DNA from: Octopus sinensis
Taxonomy: Eukaryota
DNA: 64,000 bases
Assembly (NCBI RefSeq): GCF_006345805.1
Contig: NC_043007.1
Location: 30,690,001 to 30,754,000 of the forward strand
Reading direction: 5' to 3'
Below the pieces are notes generated by a model. It was not told the DNA's origin, ran no database searches, and saw only the letters and a list, made by a program, of their open reading frames with translations. Shown here one piece after another: positions 40,226 to 54,165 of this stretch (within the stretch, counting starts at the first letter, position 1; the number at the start of each line of letters is the position of its first letter). Made by a program: the position numbers and the translations under genes.

Positions 40226-40687
40226 GAAATGTAGAGAGAGCTGAGTCGTTCTGTCATTAAATTCACATAACGCGAACGAAAATCTGTTGACTTCTTTTTG
40301 GTTTCCTTTGCTCACTCACTCGTCTACATACACACGCATACATACATACATACATACATACATACATACATACATACATACATACACACATACACACATA
40401 CATACATACATACATACATACATACACACATACATACATACATACATACATACATACATAATATTACATACATACATACATATATAAATGTAAGTATACA
40501 CTGTAGAGTATGCACATATATATATATAGGTATTTATATATATATATATATATAATATATATATAGGTATATATATAATATAGGTATATATATTATATAT
40601 ATATATATTATATATATATATATATAGGTATGTATTATATATATAGGTATGTATTATGTATAAATTAATATAGTACAGAGAGAGGAA

Positions 40688-40723
<36 letters not shown>

Positions 40724-40761
40724 GCAGGCAGGCAGGTGGATAGATAGATAGACAGACAGGC

Positions 40762-40843
<82 letters not shown>

Positions 40844-41229
40844 TATATTTGTCTGTATGATGAAATTTGTTTCTACGTGGTATTGTGAATATATGTGAAT
40901 CTGGCAAACTGTGTGAAGATTATGTAATTAGCTCTTAGCAATTGATAGGGAGATGGAAATGGCGATAGAGAGGCGAAGAGGGAGAGAGAAAAAAGCTAGA
41001 CGGTGAAAGAGAAAGAGAGAGAAATCGAAGAGAGGGAGAGTTTAGGATAGAGAGAGAGAGAGAGGGAGAGAGAGAGAGAGAGAGAGAGTATGCGTGAGTG
41101 ATGGGGTTAGACTGCAAAGAGAAATATTGTGTTTATTTATATATATATATACACATACATACATACATACATATACATGTATATATATATATATATATAT
41201 ACATATATATGTATATATATATAATATAC

Positions 41230-41307
<78 letters not shown>

Positions 41308-41350
41308 CATTATATATATATATATAAACATATACATATATATATGTATC

Positions 41351-41415
<65 letters not shown>

Positions 41416-41418
41416 ATA

Positions 41419-41453
<35 letters not shown>

Positions 41454-41811
41454 TTATGTATATGTATATATGTATTACGTATAAAGAGAGACTGGCAGTT
41501 TGAACGCCAGAGCAGTTTCTGATCGATAGAAATCAATAAGATAAACCGTTAGAGAGAAACATGAAGTGTTTATTGATGATGCATATATTATGGTGTGTGG
41601 TGTATAAAAAAGAAGGCACCGACAGGAATCTACTGTTCAGGGTTCGATCCTCGGCTTTACCTTCTTTGTTGACAACGCGTCATATTAATTCAGATTTTGT
41701 TTCTTTCAGTTGACATTTGTGTGGTGGATGGTTCAAAGAGCAAGCTCCTACAAGGTTATGTGGGGTGGTAGAAATAGCAGCCAAATTCCATTTTATCATC
41801 TTAATTATGGT

Positions 41812-42017
41812 TTCAGTTTTTTACACAAGGACTGCAATGAAGAGATAAAGTCAATTGCATTGACCCCCCGGTGCTCAACTGGAACTTATTTTATCGATCC
41901 CGAAAGGGTGACAGGTTAAGTCGGCTTTTGGGTGGAGTTTGAACTTAGAACCTATAGACGAACGAAATGCTGTTAAGCGTTTCGTCCGGCATGCTAACGA
42001 CTCCGCCAGGTCGCCGA
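41812..42017 (-). mobile_element. Degenerate SINE family A
   Basis: ttttatcgatcccgaaagg..tttgaacttagaac..gctaacgactccgccag. Confidence 0.7.
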
Positions 42018-42170
42018 CCCTTTCATCAGTTTAAACATTGAAGGATATCTTGCATAAAATGACCCTGGATACGGTGTTGAAAGTAAAGTGGAAATGTCAC
42101 GGATGGAACGCTTAGGTAATAGACCTGTTCCATCGGAGCTGATCTGGTACTAATAAATTAATCGGCCACC

Positions 42171-42484
42171 TATTTTATCTTTTATCTTTTACTTATTTGC
42201 GGCCATGCTAGGGCACCGCTTTGAATGGGGACGCTGTGTTATGGGTGGGGCGTAAACAAGGTAACACCGTTTTTCAAGTGCTGTGGGGGGGGGGCAAACG
42301 CAGCATACCACACAGACACATATACACACACACATAAACACACACATACACACACACAGACACGACGGGCTTCTTTCAGTTTCCGTCTATCAAATCTACT
42401 CAAACCTTTGGTCGGCAAGCAGTGGGACTGAACCTGGAACCTTGTGGTTAGCAAGCGAACTTAACACTCAGCTACGCCTGCGCC
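42171..42484 (-). mobile_element. SINE family B, internally deleted
   Basis: gcggccatgctagggcaccg..acgacgggcttctttcagtttccgtcta..gtgggactgaacc. Confidence 0.75.
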
Positions 42485-42849
42485 TATATTGCCAAGAATG
42501 TTATTTCAGTTTTTCTTCAGTAAGGAACATTATTTCTTAATGCGAAGACAAGACTAATAATGCAGGACATTCCCCATAGGCTCTTCTCGCTCAACGAGAC
42601 TGCGATGGACACGGACACCGAGATAAACGTATTAATCTGAACCGGTTTCTACTGTTTGAATTTATGATTTTCTTTTCTTACATAATATTTTTTCATTGTT
42701 ATTCGCTGTGGATTGGTAGAATTGGTAGAGCGCTAAGCAAAATATGTATGTGTGTGCGTGCATGTGTTTGCGTGTTTCTCACTCCATTTTGTGTATGCAA
42801 ATATGTGTGTTCATTTTGTGTATTCTTCTTACCAGGAACGGTTGGTTCC

Positions 42850-43420
42850 CTTGAAATTTCCATTTGTGGAATCTGTTATCTTTTTTACTAAATTGTTCTT
42901 TGCATTTTTTTCAAATGCATTGTGGGAAAACTTCGTCTTGCATATTTTTAAAATCTCATGTAATTTGCATTGTGTATCTTTATTCACAGCGCCAGTGTAG
43001 GATTCATTTTCGTTAATACCCAGGTATTTGTAGCACTTGTGTGCAGCAGAAGAGATAGAAAGAACCTTGATATGAAAGTTTTTGATTTGTGTATTTCAGT
43101 TTCTGCGTTTTACTATTAAATATGCACATTTTTTTTAACAATTTCAGTTTTTATATTATCTTAAAATGGTGTCATTAAATTCATTTGTTTCTTAGCATCG
43201 TAAATATTTTCCAAGAAATTTTTTACCAAGAAATTGTTGGCTATATTAATGCCTGATTTTACTGTATCCTTCGCATATGACTATTCTAACTTTATAAAAT
43301 CGGATTTGGTGCTAAAATATACAGAATAATCCTTCTGAATTCTCTTTGAAAGACTCTATCAGAGACAATAGTCATGTTTTTCAGTTTCTATTGTGACTTT
43401 TTGAGTTATTTTAGCTTATA
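42850..43420 (-). mobile_element. Heavily degraded RT-domain fragment of an RLE-type LINE
   Basis: Minus: KKCAYLIVKR and CYKYLGINENESYTGAVNK (YKYLG motif near 43020-43035); upstream remnant resembling the IFQGD region. Confidence 0.55.
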
Positions 43421-43704
43421 TATCTTGTCAGGAATTAGAGAGTTTTGGCAGGACTAATTCAAGAGTTCCCGACCCGAAACAAAACTTCTAGTTCCCACAC
43501 TAAATTCTTACAAACGAATTAACGTCTTTCTCATTGTAATCGCGTTCGTAATTACAAACGGGAATAGTACTCAATACATATAGTTGAGTGTAAATATGTT
43601 ATTAGACGCTGAGGGTTTTTAGAATCTTTTTTATAGATCTGAAGTCAGACACTTGTATTGTTATATCAAGAAGGTGCTGTCTATGTCTCTCGGAGAAATA
43701 TTAT

Positions 43705-44155
43705 ATGAATACTAAACACATTAGTACTGAACATTGAACACACCAGCATTAAACACTGAATACTAAAGACATGAACATATAAACAATGAACAGTGAACAC
43801 ATGAAAATAGGAATACTAAACACATGAATATATAAAGACTGAACACTCGCTACATGAACACTAAACATAAGCATTGAACGCATGAACAATGGACATATGA
43901 ACACAGGAAAACCGAACATATCAGCGCTGAACATATGCACAATAAACATATCAACATTAAACGCATGAAAACTGAACGAGTGATATCTTACACGGAAATC
44001 ATGAAGACTGGACATAAACATTAATGCTCGGACGCATGGGCATAAGGACACTTGACCACTGAATACTGGAACACGTAAAAGCTAAACAGTGAACATGATC
44101 ACGGAACAAGTGAACATGTGTGCAGTGAACGTTGAACAATGTACACCGAATACGT
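43705..44155. repeat. Cryptic 7-8-bp tandem repeat (TGAACAC/TGAACAT)
   Basis: Dozens of decayed (c/a)tgaaca and taaaca units. Confidence 0.7.
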
Positions 44156-44572
44156 GAAGATTTTAGCGTATGTGTTTGTCGATTCTATTTAATCCCTAGG
44201 TTACACCCTTAAATCTAAGCTTAACCCCAGCAGACGGAAACAAATTGTATTCTAACCGTGGCCATCCAGTTTATTGTTTTATTTTCCAAACGCAGTGGCT
44301 TCGATTTTTAATGGCCACATAGTTCTTTCGTTGCTTGTCAATATATGTGGTGTGTGGGTATGTGTGTATTAACAGCAATGAGGTGATAGGCACACACACA
44401 TACTCGCACGCACACACGCATACACACACGGATACACACACACACACCAGCTATCATCGACTCTCTTGTCAAACACTATTGCTACCCGGATTAAAACTAA
44501 CACGTGTAATCAGCATGCTGTATCCGGTCTGCTTGGCGGGAATCTGAAGCAGCAGCAGCAGCACCAGTAGTG

Positions 44573-44630
<58 letters not shown>

Positions 44631-45349
44631 CAGCAGCAGCAGAAGCAGCAGTAACTACATCAACAACAGTAGCGGAAGTAGCAACAACGACAGCAAGCAA
44701 CAGCAGCAACGGCGGCAACAGCAGCGGCAGCCGCAGCAGCAGCAGCAGCAGTAGCCGCAGCATTGGCAACAGCAAATAACACCAACGACAGCAGCAACAA
44801 GTAGATCATCAGAAGTAGTATTAACGATAACAGGAACAGCAGCAGCAGTAGCAGCAGCAGCGGGAAAAAATACCAACAGCAAGGAGAGCAAGCAACAAGA
44901 AGAAGAGGAAGGAGAGGAAGGCGAAGACGATGGAGAGCAAGAGCAGCATCAACTGCGACAAGCGGCTGCAACGAATGCACCACTCGCAACTGGTGCTTTT
45001 AACAATCTACAACGCATTGGTTTCACTTGAAATCAATACAACACAACTATTTGCATTCGGACTGCTGTTGTTGTTGTTGTTGATGCTATTATATTTATTC
45101 CAGTAGAAACAGGTTTCTTTTGTGTCAAAGGCGGTGGTGAGGATGGTGGGTTCGAGTTACACTTGTTTTTTTGTTTAAATATTCATTTGTAAATTAGCGG
45201 TGTTTTTTTTAATTATTATTATTATTTATACTGTTATTATTTTAAGTGAGTGGTTAACAGAAAGCTATCATAACTTACTATGGAGTCCCAGAATTGCTTT
45301 TTAGCATACATATATTTGCCATTCGGAGATACGAGTTCGATTTCCAGTA

Positions 45350-45720
45350 AAAGCCAGAGTATTTAGCACCAACCCAACCGTGGCTATCCTATCTAGCTCA
45401 TGGTTATCTAAGACCGCATTATTGAATAAGTCTTTTTCTTCTTTATGTTAGTAAGAAGTGATGTAGGAGATGTTTGGCTGACATTTTTAGCATATTTAGC
45501 TACCAAAGGGTTTCCTTCTTTGACTCATATTCACATACGTAAAACAGTGAAATGTTATTATTTGGGAGAGATTTAGCTGCTATTTCTACCAGGTTTATTT
45601 ACCATGTAATGGTCTCCCTCACCGATTCAGACGTACATGTATTTAGACAGAAAATAGAATTTAATTTGAAAGAAATTTGGTTACTATTTCAAACAAATTG
45701 AGCGAGTTGGATCGTCCGTC
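45350..45720. repeat. Three tandem decayed copies of an old interspersed repeat (gagatttggctgctatttctagca motif); also at ~11945, 20600, 22045, 31745, 31925, 41768, 56350
   Basis: Recurrent ~35-bp motif in both orientations. Confidence 0.55.
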
Positions 45721-46014
45721 AAAAGATCTTAGTGGATAGTGTAGACTTAATAAATAATCTCTAGTATATAACTGGTATTCATTTTAATGCGCCTTGGGGA
45801 ATTAATGATAAATAATTACCGGTGGGATTTGGGCACAGAAAGCAAAGATATAAACATTTTAAGCGACACTCCAGTGGTTGTGTTGGTCACCACTAAAAAT
45901 AGCATTGTGGATTGTCAGAATTGGAGTGTCAAACAAAACACCTTTTGAATTATGTTCCCTTACACTTTGAGTTCAATTCCCTCCAATAAAGCTTGAAGCT
46001 TTCTACTTAAGTGA

Positions 46015-46260
46015 AGGTGCGTGGCGTAGCGGTTAGGGCGTTGCACTCACGATCAGAGGATATCATCGTTTCGATTCCTGGACCGGTTGCTGTGTTGGGT
46101 TCTTGGGCAAAACACTTCCTTTCACGTTGCCCCTGTCCACTCGGCTGTAAATGGGAAACCCCTGCAACGAACTGGTGCCGCACTCAGAGACGATCTTGTG
46201 ATCTCGGTCACTTGTTCTTGATGGAAACCAGGCAACTGTCTCTATGACTCCTAGGACATG
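46015..46260 (+). mobile_element. tRNA-derived SINE, related to family C
   Basis: TGGCGTAGCGG, GTTTCGATTCC, ttcttgggcaaaacactt; homologous to 36541. Confidence 0.65.
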
Positions 46261-46336
46261 CGACAGAAATACCCAGGGAGTTGCTGATGGTTACTTAGGT
46301 TTGTATAAGAAGCCATTCGCTGTGTAGCGGGGTGGG

Positions 46337-46951
46337 GTACTGGCAAAATCGTTACAATGATACACAAAATATCATGAGATATCTCTATGACCCTACACGT
46401 TCTGAGTTCAAATTCCGCCAAGGACAGCTTTGCATTTCGTCCTTTTCATGTTGATGAAATGAAGTACCAGTCACATATTGAGGCCGTGTCAAATTCTCGT
46501 GTCCGTGTTAGAAACAATTACATGTGTATTGACAGAATTGTTAAGGTATTGCAAAATATGCTTTGTGGCAATTGTCCCGGACCGTTTCGTTCTTGGGTTC
46601 AAACTTTACCATGGCGCTCTTTGCTCTTCGGCTTTTTGGAGTCATTAAAATAAAGTACCAGTGAAGTACTGAAGTCAGTTTAATCGGCGAACAAAATTGC
46701 TATGTTGGTGCCTAAATTTGAAACAATTATTATTGGTTTCAAAGATTGGTACAAGGCCAAAGACTTCGGGGGTGGAGGGGGTAAGTGGATTACATCGACC
46801 CCAGCGCTCAAATTTGTACTCTTTTCATTGACCCCGAAAGGATTAGAGACAAAGTTGACCTCAGCAGAATTTCATCCCAGAACGTAAAGAACTGGTAAAA
46901 ATACCACTAAGCATATAGTCCGGCGTGGTAACGATTCTAGCAGCTGGCCGT
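46337..46951. mobile_element. Cluster of SINE family A copies (two on +, one on -, tail-to-tail)
   Basis: + cores at ~46398 and ~46588; - copy at 46735-46951. Confidence 0.65.
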
Positions 46952-47599
46952 CGTTCAGACCCAATCATTGTTCGTATTAAACCAGGGGGCACCTGCCAAA
47001 GGTTAATTTACTCGAATAAACCTATCGTCTGCGGATTTATTTCCGGTCATGCGTTGTCAATCTATAATACTACGTGAGGCACAACCTTACTAAAAATAAA
47101 CAAAGAACTCTTGGCTGAAAAGGTTTGGAAGACATCTAAATCATTATATTAGCTGGTAATGTTTTGTGAGGTTATCCTCGGACCGAATGAAAAACGAAAC
47201 GGAGACACAAATAATTCACAAGCAACACAAAAATTATGCTGTGAGGAAAATACGTGTTAAAAGAAGTGAATAACGAATGAGTGATGGATAAAGTTTAGTC
47301 TTCTTCATCTGGCACAGGTGCGCCCTTACAAATTGTTAGGAGATACTTGATGTAAATGGTGGCGTTTTTCGCAAAGTATTTCAGACTTGGGTTTCGAAAC
47401 TTTGCAAGATTCGTTGGTGTTGCTGAAGATTAGCCCATTTCCAGCAGTACATAGATTACGCCTTCACAACCATTAAAGTAAAATCTGTTCCTGTGTACGG
47501 CGTCATATCAAGCTCTATATCATTCGCTATATATACATACACACACACATACACACACACATACACACATACACACACACACACATATATATATATATT

Positions 47600-47657
<58 letters not shown>

Positions 47658-47665
47658 TTATATAT

Positions 47666-47714
<49 letters not shown>

Positions 47715-47818
47715 CATATATATACATATATATATACATATATATAATCATCAAAATCATGCATACACGCATGCACATACAAACATATATACATGTGTGT
47801 ATATGTGTGTGTGTATGT

Positions 47819-47928
<110 letters not shown>

Positions 47929-48067
47929 GGATGGACAGATAGAAAGTATATACTTAAATATATGCAAATATATGTATATATTAGTAAACGTTCTCAGCAC
48001 TACCTTGCCAAAATTTTCGACAGGCTGTCGGCACTGTAAATACGTATAGCAAAACATGACTTTGCAG

Positions 48068-48107
<40 letters not shown>

Positions 48108-48403
48108 CACAGGGCATAATTCAACTAAATCTATTTCATTACAATAAATCTATAAAAATGTTGTTTTATTCTAACATTACATCGAGTGTTTAATGCTGCA
48201 ATATATTATTCTGTGTACAACGCACACTCTATACAATGCATTATAAATTATCAATAACGTTTCGACAATACACTAAATATTTTATCAAGCCATTTCCCTC
48301 CGCTGTGATCACAAAATCTACACAATATCATACATTATCGCTATTTGACATAAACCTTGTTGTCGATACAGCTTTAATGGTGATAGCGTTGATAGTGCTG
48401 ATA

Positions 48404-48563
48404 ATGGCTGCGTGGTGAGAAGCTTGCTCCTCAACCAAATGGTTCTGGGTTGAGTCGCTCTGCGTGGCACCGTGGGCAATGTGTCTTCTACTGTAGCATC
48501 AAGCCAACCAAAGCCTTCTCAATGGATTTGGTTGGAAGGAAACTGAAAGAAGCACGTCGTGTT

Positions 48564-48605
<42 letters not shown>

Positions 48606-48815
48606 AGTCTTTTTGTCTGTGTTTGTTTCCCATCCCCGCTTGACAACCGGTGTTGATGCGTTTACGTTTCCGTAACTTAGCGGTTCGGTAAACGAAAGTG
48701 ATAGAATACTCAGCATGCTTCAAAAGAATACTGGGGTCGATTCGTTTCGCTAAAATTCGTTAAAGTGGTGCTATAGCATGGCCGCAGTCTAATGATTGAA
48801 ACAAGAAAAAGCAAA
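48404..48815 (+). mobile_element. SINE family B, full length, diverged
   Basis: Colinear with 19325-19722. Confidence 0.85.
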
Positions 48816-49084
48816 AATATTCTCATTTAAATGAAATCTCCATCTTCTATTTATCACAAAATATACAAAATAATTCAAATTTATCAATCTATAAAATAAT
48901 GTCCGATATAAATATTGGTTGGGTGGTTGTCTGGTTGGTTGAATGATATTTTTCAGTCACACTTTGCGTCATATAGAGAGAAGGGAGAGAAAGTAAAAGA
49001 AACACACAGAGTTAGCGTAAGAGGTGCCGGATGAGCGCTCATACTAGGCTTGGTGACGCACAACGAGTAAAGAATGCCACTGCC

Positions 49085-49590
49085 TTTCATCGACTCTGCC
49101 TTTCCTCATTTCGGGGGTCGATAAAAGAAGTACCAGTTGAACACTGGGGTCAATGTAATCGACTATCCCCTCCTCCAAAATTGCTGCCCTTGAGGCAAAA
49201 TTCGAAGCCGTATAACTTCATAGTAAGGTGGCGCGTTGGCAGATTTTTCCTTTCATTCTTTCGGGGTCGAAAAAACAAGTATCAGTCTTCGGTGAATGTA
49301 ATGGCCATAGCCCCTCCACCATCATTATAACCTCATAGTGCGTCAGCAAGCTGGCAGAATCGTTAGCAGGACGGGAAAAATGCTTAGCGGCGTCTCATCC
49401 GTACTTACGTTCTGAGTTCAAATTCAGTTGTGGTTGACTCTACCTCTAATTAAAAAATATTTTTGTTGTTTTTGTAAAATCTCAGAAAATAATTAAAAAT
49501 TCACAGTTAAGTACTGGGAGCTCGATGTAATCTACTGGCCTCCTCACCCAAAACCTCAGACCTTGTGCCTATAAAAGAAAGGATTATTAT
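49085..49590 (+). mobile_element. Cluster of SINE family A fragments
   Basis: gcctttc..cggggtcgataaa..gtaccag motifs; full copy at 49343-49590 with tail type b. Confidence 0.7.
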
Positions 49591-50369
49591 AGCTCCATAG
49601 TAAATATTCAACCAAACCCATTCGTTCTCTCCATCACACACTCTCCCCTATTTCCTTAGACACGACTCTTATCATTACTGACCTCGCCTACAATGAATTC
49701 ACTTAATTAATATAATTTCTACACCTCTAATTATCCGTTATTTTTTTTTATATTACACATCACCGCAATTCTACAAAATTAATTTAGCACTGTAGAATCT
49801 CTTTATTAATTAAGAAAATTATTAGACAAGACGTTCCAATGCATTTTAGAGTTTTCGACTTATTCTTTTAATTCTTTGACGAGAATTATGTTATATTCGT
49901 GCAAGTATCGTCCGCCTGATAAACTCTAATGGAGATTTATTATTCCTTCCCAATCGAACCGCTATGTCTTATGGAGTGGGTGATAATTATGAAGGTCGTA
50001 GTTCGGCTTAGGATCACACTTTAATGATGCCCCATCATAAATAGCTCCCAGTTTTTGTATTCAATCACGGCATGGTGTTACACACATGTCTGTGTGGAGA
50101 TGGAGATTCTGACCGAATGTTCACACAGCTTCATCCAACATCATTCCTCTATTTTACTCCTTCGTTCCTTCGCTCCTTTCACCCACCTCTCCCACTTTCT
50201 CTTTCTCCCTCTGTCACATTCCCCTCTCTTTCTCTCTCTCCCTCGCTCTCTCTTTCTATCACATTCTCCTCTCTCTCTCCCTCGCTCTCTCTTTCTATCA
50301 CATTCACTCTCTCTCTCCCTCGGTCTCTCTTTCACATTCTCTTCTCTCTCTCCCTTGCTCCCTGCCTCG

Positions 50370-50411
<42 letters not shown>

Positions 50412-50963
50412 CTCTCTCTCTCTTGTCCCTTCTCCCATTCAATCGGAATTCCATTCACCCGTGCTCTTTTATTCTTCACTATTTCAGTTCCAATTGTGTA
50501 TTATGGTAACTGGATTATGTGTATTTATAAGAGAGGAGTGAGAGAGAAGAGTAACAGAGAGAGGAGTGAGAGATAGAGGTGGAGAGAGAGTAAGACAGAG
50601 AGAGACAAACTAGGAGTAGTAGTGAGATATTTAGAGAGACGTAAGCTAGAAGGGGAGATCAAGGCCAAACACGGTCAATCACTCAATATTTATGTGCATG
50701 CATGTACGCGCGCGCGTCTGTGTGTGTATGTGTGTGTGTATGTGTGTGTGTGTGTGTGTGTATATATGTTTCTATGGGTCTGCAGGGGTGTGTGTGTTCT
50801 CGTGCGATCGTTTGTAACTATGTGCCGTTCTCCAATGGTCAGTTTGCTTACTTCTAGATCTCTCCAAATATTTGCATCTATATTGTTTTCGTCACACACA
50901 CAAACACACGTGTGTGAGTGTAAATATATATGCATATATCTATATATATGTGTGTGTTTGCAA

Positions 50964-51007
<44 letters not shown>

Positions 51008-51030
51008 GTATGTATATATGTATGTATATA

Positions 51031-51063
<33 letters not shown>

Positions 51064-51377
51064 ATGTATGTATGATGTTGTATGTATGTATGTATGTATG
51101 TATATGTATATAAATATATCCATACGTATACATATATAAACCTCAATCTCTTTCTCTTTTTTTCTGATGAAAGACTAACGTGCAAAAAGTTAACATATTT
51201 TCTGCTTCCGTTAAGACATTAAAGCAATACTTTGTGAAATGTTGTTCTTCATAATTCGGACATTTTTATGCTTATTGAATTTACATAATGTCCATATACA
51301 CACATGCTCACACACACACACACATACACACATGAAGCTATACGTATAGATGTTGATATATACACGCATACAAATTA

Positions 51378-51422
<45 letters not shown>

Positions 51423-51497
51423 TCCTTACATTCAAACACAATTGTAATATATCTATATATATATATCATATATATATATGTATGTATTATATGTATG

Positions 51498-51555
<58 letters not shown>

Positions 51556-51590
51556 GTATGTGTATATATATGTATATGTATATATATGGC

Positions 51591-51628
<38 letters not shown>

Positions 51629-51699
51629 ATATATATATAATATATATATATATATACATACATATTAACAGGCAAACATACAGGCGGATAAATAAGCAA

Positions 51700-51960
51700 A
51701 CGTGACCGACTACTGTTTCTAGCCAATCAGCTGCTGCCACGCAGAGACACTCTAGCTGGCTGTGAAATGAATAAATAAATAATACTGCTTTGTGATGAAT
51801 TCAAATAAATGGTAAACAGGAATGGAGGAAGAGACGTAAAATCTCTTTTAGTCTTTGCACTCTTGACCAAATCTCATAACAAACGTGGAAGAATGGAATA
51901 AAGAAAGGTTTGATTCGGCTAACAAAATGGCGGAAAAGCCATTGAACGCCATTGTTTATT
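51700..51960 (+). promoter_or_regulatory. Promoter-like island (NF-Y CCAAT box, YY1 motifs)
   Basis: AGCCAATCAG at 51721-51730, CAAAATGGCGG at 51923-51933, CGCCATT at 51947; unique sequence between (TA)n and (GATA)n arrays, about 3.2 kb upstream of the CaM-like exon. Confidence 0.4.
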
Positions 51961-52105
51961 TTCTAAAGATGCTAACAATACTCCATCAATTCCATGTCAT
52001 AAAAACGTGGAGCTCTTCAAACAAAATCTATTAATCTCTGTCTGAATATCTATCTCACCTTCTATCGGTATACATATATACAGATCGATAGATAGATAGA
52101 CAGAC

Positions 52106-52214
<109 letters not shown>

Positions 52215-52363
52215 TGCATGTATATACATGCATATATATGTGTGTGTATATGCATATACAGATTGAAACGGACTGATTGAGCGAGACAGAGAATAATATA
52301 AATAAATATATGTACACACATAAGCATATATATATATGTATATATTATATATATGTATGTATA

Positions 52364-52418
<55 letters not shown>

Positions 52419-52463
52419 AGAGAGAGAGAGAGAGAGAGAGATGTATGAATAAAGAGACATCAG

Positions 52464-52494
<31 letters not shown>

Positions 52495-52499
52495 GTGGG

Positions 52500-52531
<32 letters not shown>

Positions 52532-52534
52532 CAA

Positions 52535-52568
<34 letters not shown>

Positions 52569-52577
52569 GTGGGTGTG

Positions 52578-52615
<38 letters not shown>

Positions 52616-52772
52616 ACACTATATATATATATATATGTGGGTGTGTACATATATATATATATATATATACAACACACACACACACACACTATATATATAT
52701 ATATATATGTGGGTGTGTACATATATTTATATATATATAGATATATATATATCATACAAACACACACACACC

Positions 52773-52852
<80 letters not shown>

Positions 52853-52891
52853 ACACACACCATATATATATTATATAATATATATATATAT

Positions 52892-53124
52892 CGGAGTAAG
52901 CACATAAATGTGAAACAAGGTGGAGAAAAAGAAGTACTCAAATGCCATAGGTAGAATAATATGCTTTATTTAAAAACAGCAGAAATATAACAAAAGCTGT
53001 TACTCAGAGTTTCATGTTCCCGTTTGTCGGACAGTTTTGTTAAAATGGAACAGTAATTATATCATCCTTTCTGTTCCGTTTTAATAAAACTGTCCGACGA
53101 ACTGGAACGTGAAACTCTGAGTAA

Positions 53125-53126
<2 letters not shown>
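52892..53126. mobile_element. Penelope-like terminal remnant with a 56-bp inverted repeat, each arm carrying a hammerhead-like motif
   Basis: Arms 52998-53053 and 53071-53126 (51/56 Watson-Crick), 17-nt spacer. Arm consensus ctgt-CCGACGA-acg(ggaa)cgt-GAAA-ctc(t)gag-TA-acag. Embedded between (TA)n and (CA)n. Confidence 0.65.
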
Positions 53127-53164
<38 letters not shown>

Positions 53165-54109
53165 GTGAAGTTTTTATTCAACAATTACTGAAGACATTTT
53201 TTTTTTGTATATTCCATCAGATGTTGACTCTATACACTTCGTTATTTTCATGTATATTGTGTCTGATCCTAATGGTATCAATCCGAAGCAACCGCAGCTG
53301 ATCGTTTTTAATATTACTAGGAATAGGATATCCGCGCTTAGGCGTCGGAATTGCAAAGATTTTTAGAGAGGCGGCTGATGAAGGGTATTTTACTTTTGAT
53401 CTTATATATTTGTTAGTCATTGCGACTTTTATCCTTTACACACACACACGCACTCATATACATGTTTTCTAAGACATTTTTTTATTATTAATTCATTAAA
53501 ACGATTAATTAAGCGCTTTGTCAAAATCTCAGCATACGATTGTGTACTTTTCAGTGAGTTTTCTGCATCTCTCCACTCTTCACTTTTTGCGTGGTATTTA
53601 AGCATGTGTGTGTGTGTGTTCTTTCGGAATTGGTTCTCGAAATGTAAACCTATAAATAGTGTCTGTAAGTATTCTCTTGAAAGTTTCTAAATTTTTTATG
53701 ACGTCGACAACCCATAATTCTCGCTGGTAAAAATAAAGTTTCTAAAACAGAGAGAGAAATTCGAAGGACTGTTTTTGGTACAATGGTAGAACGTCTGGTA
53801 TGTTTACAGGAGATGTGATTTCAAGTCCCACGGACAGCCTTCCACTTTTTCTATCCCCGCAGAAAGGTTTTTCGACCCAATATTTCCATGGTATTATTCA
53901 AATGTACTTCGAGAACCAATTCCAAAAAAGAATTATTCCACATTCACTGAAAACTTTCTAAATTCTTATCATGTCAACAATGTGAATATGTGTTTGTATA
54001 CCCAGTTATATATAAACAATTTAACATTGATATGAAGGAGTACTCAATACCTTTTTGTAGAGTACAGACTGAGATACTCAATAATAATTACAGAATGTTA
54101 TAGGATTTC

Positions 54110-54110
<1 letters not shown>

Positions 54111-54165
<55 letters not shown>

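Noticed and set aside
53373-53400. CTGATGA core
   Set aside because: No stem II or GAAA follows.
53775-53840. tRNA-like sequence, and ATG|GTAGAA as CaM exon 1
   Set aside because: Looks like a decayed SINE head (A and B box remnants); the ATG-GT is part of the A box.
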